Source: Acidaminococcaceae bacterium (GTDB lineage: Bacteria > Bacteroidota > Bacteroidia > Bacteroidales > Paludibacteraceae). From it: DNA of 64,000 bases. The DNA lies in NCBI GenBank assembly GCA_963620225.1, contig CAVEZM010000005.1:20893-84892 (forward strand), in the 5' to 3' direction. The position numbers were made by a program, and so were the translations under genes. Positions 28,229-37,824 of the stretch are shown here, in pieces. Below the pieces are notes generated by a model. It saw only the letters and a list, made by a program, of their open reading frames with translations, was not told where the DNA came from and did no database searches. Positions within the stretch are counted from its first letter, which is position 1. The number at the start of each line of letters is the position of its first letter.

Positions 28229-29599
28229 TTATACATGTGTCCTACCTTCCTGTATCAAAATAACACTCAACGACCCTAAAATAAGCAACGCACCCGCTAT
28301 AACAAGCATACCAACCTGCGCCCCCGCACATATACTGTTGAGCAATACTCCTCCCAACAACGCTGCCACTATCTGCGGAATACAAATCGTACAATTGAAC
28401 AACCCAAGGTAATACCCCATATTGTCCCCCTTGAGCGAATTGGTGAGAATAGTGAACGGTATAGCGAGCATAGCAGCCCAGGCAGCACCTATCAAAACGT
28501 AACTAAGGAGCAAGACGTACTGATTAGTGACAAAGATGGTGGAAATAAATCCTATGGCACCGACAATGAGCGAGATAGAATAGGCTCCCTTATTGGTAAA
28601 ATGCCTCTCTAAATAGGGTATCAGCAATGCCCATAACATCGACCCAACAGCCTGTATGGCAAAACATACACCCACCCAGTTACCTGCTTCCTGGAAAGCC
28701 GGCGATGCAGTAGATGCGCCATCCCAACCGAAACACTGCGCTGCTATCGCACCATTAGAGTATGTCCACATATACAAAAACGCTGCCCAACAGAAGAACT
28801 GCACCAAGCCCACCGTCCAAAAACTCGAAGGAGCATGCAGCAACAGCGAGACAAAAGAGGAGGAGCCACCCCTCTCCTTGACAGTTTCTTTACTCTCGTC
28901 AAATGGCTTCAAATCATGAAAAGCAGAATACTCCGTCGGGTTCAACTCCTTAACGGTAAAGAACGTATATAGCACGCAGAATATAAGCAAGGCTGCACCT
29001 ATATAAAAACTCCACTTGACAGAATCTGGAATAACCCCTTCCGGAGCTATATTGGAAATACCAATCCAAGAAAATAAATATGGGAATAAGTAACCGCAGA
29101 GCGAGCCTGCATTGCACAAGAACGACTGGATGGAATACGCCAACCCTTTCTGTTTCTCATTCACCATGTCACCTACCATCATCTTAAATGGCTGCATCGC
29201 AACATTGATAGAACAATCAAGCAGCATAAGCGAGAACAACCCAAACCACATGGCGGCATTCAGCCCTAAGAACAACGCCTGGGTAAACGTAAAATCACCC
29301 GCATTGGGCAACAACACCATCACCAGAATAGCAATAATAGCCCCTACAAGCAAGTAAGGCTTACGCCGACCCAACACACACCACGTCTTGTCAGAGTACT
29401 TACCTATTAGAGGTTGTACAATCATACCCATAAGCGGAGGCAGTATCCAAAAAAAAGACAACTGATGCGGATCAGCACCAAGCGTCGCAAAAATACGGGA
29501 TATATTGGCACTTTGGAGAGCATAGGCAATCTGAACTCCAAAGAATCCAAAACTCAAGTTGAATAACTGACCGAATGATAAGTCGCGTTTCTCTGACAT
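28229..29599 (-). CDS. MFS sugar:cation symporter (SLC45/GPH sucrose-maltose transporter-like)
   Basis: It has 12 predicted hydrophobic segments. The N-terminal pattern (GFFGVQIAYALQ, PLIGKYSDKTW..LGRRKPYLL) is typical of SLC45/SUT-like carriers found in Bacteroidota alpha-glucan loci. Confidence 0.8.
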   Translation of the reverse strand: MSEKRDLSFGQLFNLSFGFFGVQIAYALQSANISRIFATLGADPHQLSFFWILPPLMGMIVQPLIGKYSDKTWCVLGRRKPYLLVGAIIAILVMVLLPNAGDFTFTQALFLGLNAAMWFGLFSLMLLDCSINVAMQPFKMMVGDMVNEKQKGLAYSIQSFLCNAGSLCGYLFPYLFSWIGISNIAPEGVIPDSVKWSFYIGAALLIFCVLYTFFTVKELNPTEYSAFHDLKPFDESKETVKERGGSSSFVSLLLHAPSSFWTVGLVQFFCWAAFLYMWTYSNGAIAAQCFGWDGASTASPAFQEAGNWVGVCFAIQAVGSMLWALLIPYLERHFTNKGAYSISLIVGAIGFISTIFVTNQYVLLLSYVLIGAAWAAMLAIPFTILTNSLKGDNMGYYLGLFNCTICIPQIVAALLGGVLLNSICAGAQVGMLVIAGALLILGSLSVILIQEGRTHV

Positions 29600-29688
29600 G
29601 CTATTAGACTATCCGTTGATTAAATGAATACTTGCACCACTTGCTCCACACATTGTTCTCTAAACAATGCACCACTAACAATGGACCG

Positions 29689-29696
29689 CAAAGGTA
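29689..29696 (-). promoter_or_regulatory. -7 promoter box TACCTTTG of the PUL operon
   Basis: It lies on the minus strand, 89 nt upstream of the MFS ATG. Confidence 0.6.
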
Positions 29697-30015
29697 CGAT
29701 ATTTCTGCAAAAAAAGCAAAGTGAAACCCTCTCAAAAAATACAAAAAGAATATGCAAACGTTTCCGAAAAAGAACAAAAATCTCCCGACAGACCTCAATC
29801 CACAACACGCAACACCCTACTAAAATAGGGTGCCTCCTTACCCCTCGCTTCCTCTTCCATTACTCATTAAAAATTACAAATTAAAACATTACCTTCAGCC
29901 GAACACATGTAATACCCAACGCAAGCGCAGCGAACCAATACATTTCTTAACTCATTCAACAACTCCTGACCTGATAAACCCATAAACGGATAAACATAAG
30001 GTGATGGGGCAGCCC

Positions 30016-30042
30016 GACCACACAGCGGTCTGTGGTTTTTTT
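30016..30042 (+). terminator. terminator-like hairpin plus T7 with no annotated upstream plus-strand gene
   Basis: The hairpin is ACCACA-N8-TGTGGT followed by TTTTTT on the plus strand. Confidence 0.45.
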
Positions 30043-30060
30043 CGAAAGAGGTGTTGCATG

Positions 30061-30072
30061 AAAAAAAAAAAA
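30061..30072. repeat. A12 homopolymer
   Basis: There are twelve consecutive A residues ending 4 nt upstream of the recQ -7 box. Confidence 0.95.
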
Positions 30073-30076
30073 GACT

Positions 30077-30084
30077 TACCTTTG
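30077..30084 (+). promoter_or_regulatory. -7 promoter box TACCTTTG of recQ
   Basis: It lies on the plus strand, 83 nt upstream of the recQ ATG. Confidence 0.6.
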
Positions 30085-30167
30085 CCGCAAATTAACTGAC
30101 GTTTTAATAGATGCGGATTGACTTCATAAGTAAATACAGAGAGGCATAACAGACACATTTTTGTTCT

Positions 30168-32354
30168 ATGACAAGACATGAACAACTGATCCAAGCATTG
30201 CAACATCATTTCGGCTTCGGCTCCTTTAAGGGAAACCAGGAGGCAATCATCAATAACCTGATGGATGGTAATGATACTTTCGTATTGATGCCTACTGGGG
30301 GAGGAAAAAGCCTCTGCTATCAGTTACCGTCACTATTAATGGACGGTATGGCTATCGTCATATCTCCGCTGATCGCACTGATGAAAAACCAAGTGGATGC
30401 CATGCGTAACTACTCAAATGAAAATGGGGTAGCACACTTTATCAACTCATCACTGTCACGTCCGGAAATACATGCAGTGAAAGCAGATATACTGGCAGGA
30501 AAAACAAAACTGCTGTACGTAGCACCAGAGTCCCTGACCAAAGACGAGAATGTAGAATTCCTGCGTGGAATAAAAATATCATTCTATGCAGTAGACGAGG
30601 CACATTGTATCTCAGAATGGGGACATGACTTCCGCCCGGAGTACAGACATATCCACCCTATCGTCGAACGTATAGGTCATGCCCCTATCATCGCATTAAC
30701 CGCTACTGCCACACCCAAAGTACAACACGATATACAGAAGAACCTCGACATGCTCGATGCGAAAGTGTTCAAGTCATCATTCAATCGGCCAAACCTGTAC
30801 TACGAGATTCGCACAAAAACGGACACCGTGGACAAAGACTTGATAAAGTTCATACGCAGCATGGGAACAAAGTCCGGTATCGTGTACTGCTTAAGCCGCA
30901 AAACCGTAGAAGAACTGGCAGAGACCCTGCGCGTGAACGATATCAGTGCTCTCCCTTACCACGCAGGGATGGACGCTGCTACACGTACAGCCAACCAAGA
31001 TGCGTTCCTGATGGAGAAAGCACAGGTCATCGTGGCAACAATAGCATTTGGCATGGGAATAGACAAACCGGATGTCAGATTTGTGGTGCATTATGACATC
31101 CCTAAATCGTTGGAAGGCTATTACCAGGAGACAGGACGTGCCGGACGCGATGGAGGCGAAGGGATATGCATCTGCTTCTATGCTCCGGAAGATATAGAAC
31201 GACTACGAAGATTTCAAAAAGACAAACCCGTTGCTGAACAAGAGATCAGCAACCATCTGCTCTTTGAGACACAGTCCTACGCCGAGTCACCACTGTGCCG
31301 GAGAAAACTGCTACTCGACTACTTCGGTGAAGGATATACCGAAGACAACTGCGGCAACTGCGACAACTGTCGCAAAACAAACTATCGAATGATGGATGCT
31401 ACCGAACTACTCGGACTGATATTGGAAACGATAGTGCTGCTCAACGAGAAGTTCCGTGCAGGACATATAGTGGATGTGATCAAAGGGAATGAAACAGCAG
31501 CAGTACTGTCGTACAAACACAATGAACTGGAGAATTTTGGAGCAGGAGAAGACGAGGACGAGCCTACTTTGCACTCTATCATTCGACAAGCAATGCTGGC
31601 AGGGTATATCAAAAAAGATATTGAGTCCTATGGAGACCTGAAACTGACACCCGAAGGAAAAAAGTTCATAAAGAAACCCGCGCACTTTGAAGTACCTGTA
31701 GAGACAAACAGCGAAGAAGAAGATACGGAAATAGAATCACATATCGCTACTTGCGCCGCTGCAGACGATGTACTGTTCTCCATACTTAAAGACCTGCGAA
31801 AGAAACTGAGCGTCAAACTCAATATCCCTCCATTCGTCATCTTCCAAGACGTCAGCCTCGAAGCCATGGCAACCTCCTATCCTGTAACGATAGAAGAACT
31901 GCAGAATATACCCGGAGTGGGAGCTGGGAAAGCCAAACGTTATGGAGAGGAATTCATACACGTGATCAAAGAATATGTTGATGAGAACGACGTGATTCGA
32001 CCAGAAGACCTGCGTGTACGTAGTGTGGCAAAGAACTCCGCTCGCAAAATTGCTATCATACAAGCAATCGACAGACGTGTGGACCTGGATGACCTGGCAG
32101 AACGATTGGGAATGTCTATGGAGGAGATGTTGGACGAGATAGAGTCTATAGTGTATTCAGGAACAAGATTGAATATAAAATACTTCATTGATGAAGTAGT
32201 GGACCCGGATGAAGAGACAGATATATATACCTATTTCCGCCATGCAGAAAACGATAATATCCAACTGGCGATGCATGAGTTAGGAGAGAACGACTATGAA
32301 GAGATCAACGTGCGTCTCGTACGTGTGCAGTTCCATAGCGATCTAGGAAACTAA
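30168..32354 (+). CDS. recQ: ATP-dependent DNA helicase RecQ
   Basis: It has MPTGGGKSLCYQLP, DEAHCISEWGHDFRPEY, the RQC Zn-Cys cluster (CGNCDNC) and a C-terminal HRDC region. Confidence 0.97.
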   Translation: MTRHEQLIQALQHHFGFGSFKGNQEAIINNLMDGNDTFVLMPTGGGKSLCYQLPSLLMDGMAIVISPLIALMKNQVDAMRNYSNENGVAHFINSSLSRPEIHAVKADILAGKTKLLYVAPESLTKDENVEFLRGIKISFYAVDEAHCISEWGHDFRPEYRHIHPIVERIGHAPIIALTATATPKVQHDIQKNLDMLDAKVFKSSFNRPNLYYEIRTKTDTVDKDLIKFIRSMGTKSGIVYCLSRKTVEELAETLRVNDISALPYHAGMDAATRTANQDAFLMEKAQVIVATIAFGMGIDKPDVRFVVHYDIPKSLEGYYQETGRAGRDGGEGICICFYAPEDIERLRRFQKDKPVAEQEISNHLLFETQSYAESPLCRRKLLLDYFGEGYTEDNCGNCDNCRKTNYRMMDATELLGLILETIVLLNEKFRAGHIVDVIKGNETAAVLSYKHNELENFGAGEDEDEPTLHSIIRQAMLAGYIKKDIESYGDLKLTPEGKKFIKKPAHFEVPVETNSEEEDTEIESHIATCAAADDVLFSILKDLRKKLSVKLNIPPFVIFQDVSLEAMATSYPVTIEELQNIPGVGAGKAKRYGEEFIHVIKEYVDENDVIRPEDLRVRSVAKNSARKIAIIQAIDRRVDLDDLAERLGMSMEEMLDEIESIVYSGTRLNIKYFIDEVVDPDEETDIYTYFRHAENDNIQLAMHELGENDYEEINVRLVRVQFHSDLGN

Positions 32355-32396
32355 ACAAAAGGTATCATACACCATTCTGCACGGTGTTCCTGTACA

Positions 32397-33710
32397 ATGA
32401 AAGAAAAAGAAGTAGATATTATCACATTGGGATGCTCCAAGAACCTCGTAGATGCCGAACGCTTGATGAAGCAAATAGAGTTAGCCGGCTATACCTGCGT
32501 GCACGACTCGCCACACCCGCATGGAGAGATTGCTATCATCAATACATGCGGATTTATCGGAGACGCCAAAGAGGAAAGCATACAGACAATACTGCAGTTT
32601 GCGCAACGAAAAGGACAAGGGAAACTGCACAAACTGTTCGTGATGGGATGCCTTTCACAGCGATACATGAATGAACTGAAAACAGAGTTGCCCGAAGTGG
32701 ACGAGTGGTTTGGGAAATTCGATTATATGGGCATACTCAATGTGTTACCCGAAATACAACATTGTACACCCAAGACATGCGCACGCTATGAACGAACCCT
32801 GACAACGCCAAAGCACTACACCTACCTGAAGATTGCGGAAGGCTGCAACCGCTTCTGCTCATATTGTGCCATACCACTGATCACAGGACACTACACCTCA
32901 AGACCCGTAGAGGAGATATTGGACGAGATGCGATGGCTCGTAAAACAAGGGGTAAAGGAGTTTAACGTGATAGCTCAAGACCTGTCGAGTTATGGATTAG
33001 ACCTATATAAAGAACATCGCTTGGCACAACTGATTGACGCCATGGCGCAGATAGACGGCGTGGAATGGATACGACTGCATTATGCCTACCCTGCAGACTT
33101 CCCGCTGGACCTGCTACCCGTGATGGCGAAACATGCGAACATCTGCAAGTACCTCGATATAGCACTGCAACACTGCTCCGACAATATGCTCGACAAAATG
33201 CGCCGACATATCACACGACAACAACAAGATGCCCTGATAGCACGCATCCGGCACGAAGTACCTGGTATATGCATCCGCACTACATTGTTGCTGGGACACC
33301 CGGGAGAAACAGAACAGGACTTCAACGAACTGTGTGAATGGGTCAAAAACATGCGGTTTGAACGGATGGGAGCCTTCGCATACAGCGATGAAGAAGGGAC
33401 ATATGCTAACCTGCACTACATGGACAATATACCACAAGAGGTGAAAGAACACCGTGTAGCACAAATAATGGAGATACAACAGACTATCTCGTCACAAATA
33501 CTGAGACAGATGGTCGGCACACGACAACAAGTCATCATCGACAGAAAAGAAAATGGCTACTATGTCGGTCGCACACAATACGACTCACCGGAAGTGGATT
33601 GCGAGGTATGGATACAAACAGACACCTGCAACCAGCGGATGAGGATAGGAGAACTTTATACTGTTACCATAACCAAAAGTGAGGATTTTGACCTCTATGC
33701 AAGCCTATGA
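32397..33710 (+). CDS. rimO: ribosomal protein S12 methylthiotransferase
   Basis: It has the MTTase N-terminal Cys triad (GCSKN..NTCGF..GC), the radical SAM motif CNRFCSYC and a TRAM C-terminus. Confidence 0.93.
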   Translation: MKEKEVDIITLGCSKNLVDAERLMKQIELAGYTCVHDSPHPHGEIAIINTCGFIGDAKEESIQTILQFAQRKGQGKLHKLFVMGCLSQRYMNELKTELPEVDEWFGKFDYMGILNVLPEIQHCTPKTCARYERTLTTPKHYTYLKIAEGCNRFCSYCAIPLITGHYTSRPVEEILDEMRWLVKQGVKEFNVIAQDLSSYGLDLYKEHRLAQLIDAMAQIDGVEWIRLHYAYPADFPLDLLPVMAKHANICKYLDIALQHCSDNMLDKMRRHITRQQQDALIARIRHEVPGICIRTTLLLGHPGETEQDFNELCEWVKNMRFERMGAFAYSDEEGTYANLHYMDNIPQEVKEHRVAQIMEIQQTISSQILRQMVGTRQQVIIDRKENGYYVGRTQYDSPEVDCEVWIQTDTCNQRMRIGELYTVTITKSEDFDLYASL

Positions 33711-33985
33711 CAACAAAAGAACTGATTGACCGTGTAGCACAACACACGTCTATGACCAAGACACGCACAACGGATTTGCTCGATATGACAATAGCTGTAT
33801 TGCAAAAAGAGTTACTAACCGGTAATTCCGTGCAGTTCCCTGACTTCGGGACAATAGAGATGAAGCGGAAGAACGCACGGGTAATCGTTCACCCGCGCAC
33901 AGGAGAACGTACAGCCGTGCCTGAGAAAATGCAACTCACATTCAAAGCACACCGGACGATTAAAGACAAACTAAAAGACGCATAA
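33707..33985 (+). CDS. HU/IHF-family DNA-binding protein
   Basis: It is 92 aa with an HU fold pattern (ELIDRVA...FGTIEMKRKNARVIVHPRTGE). Its ATG overlaps the rimO stop (ATGA). Confidence 0.9.
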   Translation: MTTKELIDRVAQHTSMTKTRTTDLLDMTIAVLQKELLTGNSVQFPDFGTIEMKRKNARVIVHPRTGERTAVPEKMQLTFKAHRTIKDKLKDA

Positions 33986-33987
33986 CT

Positions 33988-35052
33988 ATGGATAACAAAA
34001 AATTGACATGGGTACGATTGCGTAAAACCATCGCACAAAGGTCAGGCATGAACGAACAAGAGGTGGGAACATTCCTCGATGCTCTTTTGGAAAGCCTTGT
34101 CGATGGACTCAAGACAGATAGACAAGTACGCCTGAAAGGATTGGGGACTTTTGCCCTGAAACCGGTTGCACCACGCAAAAGCGTGAATATATCTACCGGA
34201 GAAACATTCACAATAGCAGGATACAACAAAGTGACGTTTACCGCCGAATCCTCTTTGAAAAGTAGCGTTGAGAAACGTATTGCGAAACCAAAGACACAGG
34301 AACTCATCACCGAACTGAACCAGGACCCCCTGCAGAAACTGGGACAACAAGCCGACGAGATCGTGGATATATTGGCAGAACTCGGACAAGATCCGCAGAC
34401 TTCAGAAACCACTACTGCTGCAACACCACAGGAAACGACAACGCAAACGGAAACAGAAGAAAACAACGTACCACAACAGTCAACCCGAACAGTTGAAACA
34501 GCAGACCATAAAAACCACAGTATAAAACACGATAATAAATCATGCTGCCACAAAGCCACAGCATGGACAGGATGGATAATGTCTGCTATACTGCTACTAT
34601 TCTTGGGTAGCCTGCTATTCTACTTCCGTGCTCCTATACAGCAATGGTGGACATGCATGAGTGAGTGCCAACCTAAGGCGGAAGAACAACGCATCGAGAC
34701 ACCTGCAGAACCAATCACCGGGACACCAACAGAACCAACCGTCGAAAGGACACCTGCTCCTACCGTAACGCCACTCGCAGAACAACAGCGGGAATATAAC
34801 GATTTCATCACTATAGAGAAAGTGGGATTCGGTAGCCGACTGACTTGGATAGCATATAAATACTACGGAGAAAAAGACCTGTGGGTATTCATCTACGAAG
34901 CCAACAAAGAGAATATCGCTAACCCAAACATGCTCAAGTTTGGACAAGAACTACGCATTCCCCGACTCGACAAGCAATGGACGGACACCTCTGACACGGA
35001 GATACGCCAACTGCTAAATGACTTGAGTGACAAATATCTACATCACCAATAG
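33988..35052 (+). CDS. membrane-anchored HU-domain protein with a C-terminal LysM-like domain
   Basis: The N-terminal HU-like domain (LKGLGTFALKPVAPRKSVNISTGETFTIAG) is followed by an acidic/T-rich linker and one TM helix (WTGWIMSAILLLFLGSLLFYF). It ends in a P/T/E linker and a LysM-like tail (LTWIAYKYYGEKDLWVFIYEANKENIANPNMLKFGQELRIP). Confidence 0.75.
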   Translation: MDNKKLTWVRLRKTIAQRSGMNEQEVGTFLDALLESLVDGLKTDRQVRLKGLGTFALKPVAPRKSVNISTGETFTIAGYNKVTFTAESSLKSSVEKRIAKPKTQELITELNQDPLQKLGQQADEIVDILAELGQDPQTSETTTAATPQETTTQTETEENNVPQQSTRTVETADHKNHSIKHDNKSCCHKATAWTGWIMSAILLLFLGSLLFYFRAPIQQWWTCMSECQPKAEEQRIETPAEPITGTPTEPTVERTPAPTVTPLAEQQREYNDFITIEKVGFGSRLTWIAYKYYGEKDLWVFIYEANKENIANPNMLKFGQELRIPRLDKQWTDTSDTEIRQLLNDLSDKYLHHQ

Positions 35053-35057
35053 GTAAT

Positions 35058-37820
35058 TTGGCTGAGGACGTAATACATATTCAGGGTGCACGTACGCACA
35101 ATCTGAAGAATATCTCGGTGGATATTCCTCGAAACAAACTTACCGTCATCACAGGAGTTAGTGGTAGCGGCAAATCCTCTTTGGCATTTGACACACTGTT
35201 CGCAGAAGGACAACGTCGCTATATCGAGAGCCTGAGCGCATACGCTCGACAGTTCCTCGGACGTATGCAAAAACCGGATGTGGATAACATCGAAGGTATC
35301 CCTCCCGCTATAGCCATCGAACAGAAGGTCATTAGCCGCAACCCGCGAAGCACCGTAGGAACATCTACTGAGATATATGACTATCTCAAACTGCTCTTCG
35401 CACGCATAGGACACACCATATCACCAATCAGCGGCACCGAAGTCAAACGCCATTCAGTACAAGATGTCGTAGAGTGCCTGCGGCAACAACCCTTAGGAAC
35501 AAAAGTGTTCCTGCTGTCACCTATCCATGCGGATGAACACACCATCACTGACAAACTAACCAATTGGCAGCAACAAGGCTTCTCACGACTGTATAGAATA
35601 AACAGCGACGGGAGTGGAGATGTGCTACGTATTAGTTCTTATACCTCCCGGACATTGTCACAGACATACTTGCTTATCGACCGCATAGTAGCGGACAACA
35701 CGACCGCAACACTCAACCGCTTTGCAGACTCCGTGCAAACAGCCTTCTTTGAATCAGAAGGCGAGTGTTGTATGTTTACCATACCTGCGGATGATAATAT
35801 AGGGCAGATGCACACTTTCTCACAACGGTTTGAGGCGGACGGCATCACCTTCATCGAACCGGATGAACAATTGTTCGATTTCAACAGCCCGATCGGGGCA
35901 TGCACCACATGCGGAGGATTCGGAAATGTCATCGGCATAGACCCAGACCTAGTCGTACCGGATAAATCGCTCTCTATATACCAAGGAGCAATAGCATGTT
36001 GGCATGGCGAGAAAATGAGCCAATGGAACGATGAACTCGTGTATAACGCCGACAAGTTTGGCTTCCCTATACACACCGCTTTCTATGCACTCACACCTGA
36101 ACAAAAACAACTCATATGGACTGGTAACCAATACTTCCACGGGTTAAACGACTTTTTCCATGAACTGGAGAAGAAACAGTACACCAAGATACAGTACCGG
36201 GTCATGCTCAGCCGGTATCGCGGAAAAACAATATGCCCGGATTGCTTGGGGAAACGACTGCGCAAAGAGAGCGGATATGTACAGATAGACGGCAAATCAA
36301 TATCAGACGTATGTCGGATGTCTGTACACGACTTGGCTATGTGGTTCGACAACATCGAACAACACCTGACAAGCACCGAACAACTGACAGCAAAAAACCT
36401 GCTCGCTGAGATACGGGCAAGACTGCGTTTTATGGAAGATGTAGGACTGGGGTACCTCACACTCAACCGCACATCAGCAACACTGTCCGGAGGAGAGAGC
36501 CAACGAATAACACTCGCCAAATCACTCGGCAGTAGCCTCGTAGGATCACTCTACGTACTCGATGAACCCAGCATAGGACTACACCCACGAGACACACAAC
36601 GGCTCATCCATGTCTTACAAGAACTGCGAGACATCGGAAACACCATAGTCGTTGTCGAACATGATGAAGAGATACAACGAGCCGCAGACTATATCATCGA
36701 GATAGGACCACAGGCGGGAAGACACGGAGGAGAGATAGTATATGCTGGAACACCACAACCACAACAGTTCACATACACCATCCCTGCAAAACATAGACCA
36801 TGGAACAACTATATCGAAGTGGTCGGAGCAACAGAAAACAACCTGAAAAATATCACCGTTCAGTTCCCCCTGAACGTCATGACAGTCGTGACAGGAGTAA
36901 GTGGCAGCGGAAAATCCACACTGGTCGGCAAAGTGCTATACCCCGCACTGAAAAAGTACTACGGAGGCATCGCAGAACACACCGGAGATTTCAATTTCCT
37001 GCGTGGTAGCCTGCATCTGCTGAAGAATATCGAGTTCATTGACCAAAACCCACTATCCAAATCCTCACGCTCAAACCCGGTTACGTATATCAAAGCGTAC
37101 GATGAGATACGACGGCTGTTCGCTCAGCAACAACTCAGCAGGCAGATGGGGTTTACACCGGCACATTTCTCTTTCAACACACCGGGAGGACGATGTGAAG
37201 AATGCCAGGGAGAAGGAACAGTAACGATCGAGATGCAGTTCATGGCAGATATAACGATGGTCTGCGAACAGTGCCATGGACAACGATTCAAACAGGATAT
37301 ACTCGATGTCCAGTACCGCAACAAGAATATATATGACATCCTCGGGATGACCGTCAACCAGGCCATCGAGTTCTTCAACGAAGATAGCAACTGCCAAAAA
37401 ATAGTGGATAAACTCAAACCACTACAAAATGTCGGCATAGGATACATCAAACTGGGACAGTCGTGCAGCACACTCTCCGGAGGAGAGAGCCAACGAGTCA
37501 AACTGGCATCCTTCCTCGCACAAGAGAATAACCAGCATACCCTGTTTATCTTCGACGAACCCACAACAGGACTGCATCATCGCGATATAGACGTGCTACT
37601 CAATGCACTCAATGCACTCATCAGCAGAGGACACACCGTACTTGTCATCGAGCATAACCCTTCTGTCATCCTCGCTGCAGACCATATCATTGATCTCGGA
37701 AAAGAAGGAGGCGAACAGGGAGGGTATATCGTGGCAACAGGAACACCCGAACAAATCGTACAGTGCACGGATAGTTACACTGGACAAGCATTGAAAGCGA
37801 TAATAGAAAATACACAATAA
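35058..37820 (+). CDS. uvrA: excinuclease ABC subunit A
   Basis: Two ABC modules are present ([10 protein letters not shown], twice), with Zn-finger Cys pairs and signature LSGGESQR twice. The TTG start lies 5 nt after the upstream stop. Confidence 0.95.
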   Translation: MAEDVIHIQGARTHNLKNISVDIPRNKLTVITGVSGSGKSSLAFDTLFAEGQRRYIESLSAYARQFLGRMQKPDVDNIEGIPPAIAIEQKVISRNPRSTVGTSTEIYDYLKLLFARIGHTISPISGTEVKRHSVQDVVECLRQQPLGTKVFLLSPIHADEHTITDKLTNWQQQGFSRLYRINSDGSGDVLRISSYTSRTLSQTYLLIDRIVADNTTATLNRFADSVQTAFFESEGECCMFTIPADDNIGQMHTFSQRFEADGITFIEPDEQLFDFNSPIGACTTCGGFGNVIGIDPDLVVPDKSLSIYQGAIACWHGEKMSQWNDELVYNADKFGFPIHTAFYALTPEQKQLIWTGNQYFHGLNDFFHELEKKQYTKIQYRVMLSRYRGKTICPDCLGKRLRKESGYVQIDGKSISDVCRMSVHDLAMWFDNIEQHLTSTEQLTAKNLLAEIRARLRFMEDVGLGYLTLNRTSATLSGGESQRITLAKSLGSSLVGSLYVLDEPSIGLHPRDTQRLIHVLQELRDIGNTIVVVEHDEEIQRAADYIIEIGPQAGRHGGEIVYAGTPQPQQFTYTIPAKHRPWNNYIEVVGATENNLKNITVQFPLNVMTVVTGVSGSGKSTLVGKVLYPALKKYYGGIAEHTGDFNFLRGSLHLLKNIEFIDQNPLSKSSRSNPVTYIKAYDEIRRLFAQQQLSRQMGFTPAHFSFNTPGGRCEECQGEGTVTIEMQFMADITMVCEQCHGQRFKQDILDVQYRNKNIYDILGMTVNQAIEFFNEDSNCQKIVDKLKPLQNVGIGYIKLGQSCSTLSGGESQRVKLASFLAQENNQHTLFIFDEPTTGLHHRDIDVLLNALNALISRGHTVLVIEHNPSVILAADHIIDLGKEGGEQGGYIVATGTPEQIVQCTDSYTGQALKAIIENTQ

Positions 37821-37824
37821 CAAT

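Noticed and set aside
29604-29884. Small ORFs occur in the PUL/recQ spacer (64, 62 and 86 aa).
   Set aside because: They overlap each other and the PUL promoter and leader. They have extreme composition (F/L/C-rich or K/T-rich) that reflects the G-depleted DNA, and they have no start context.
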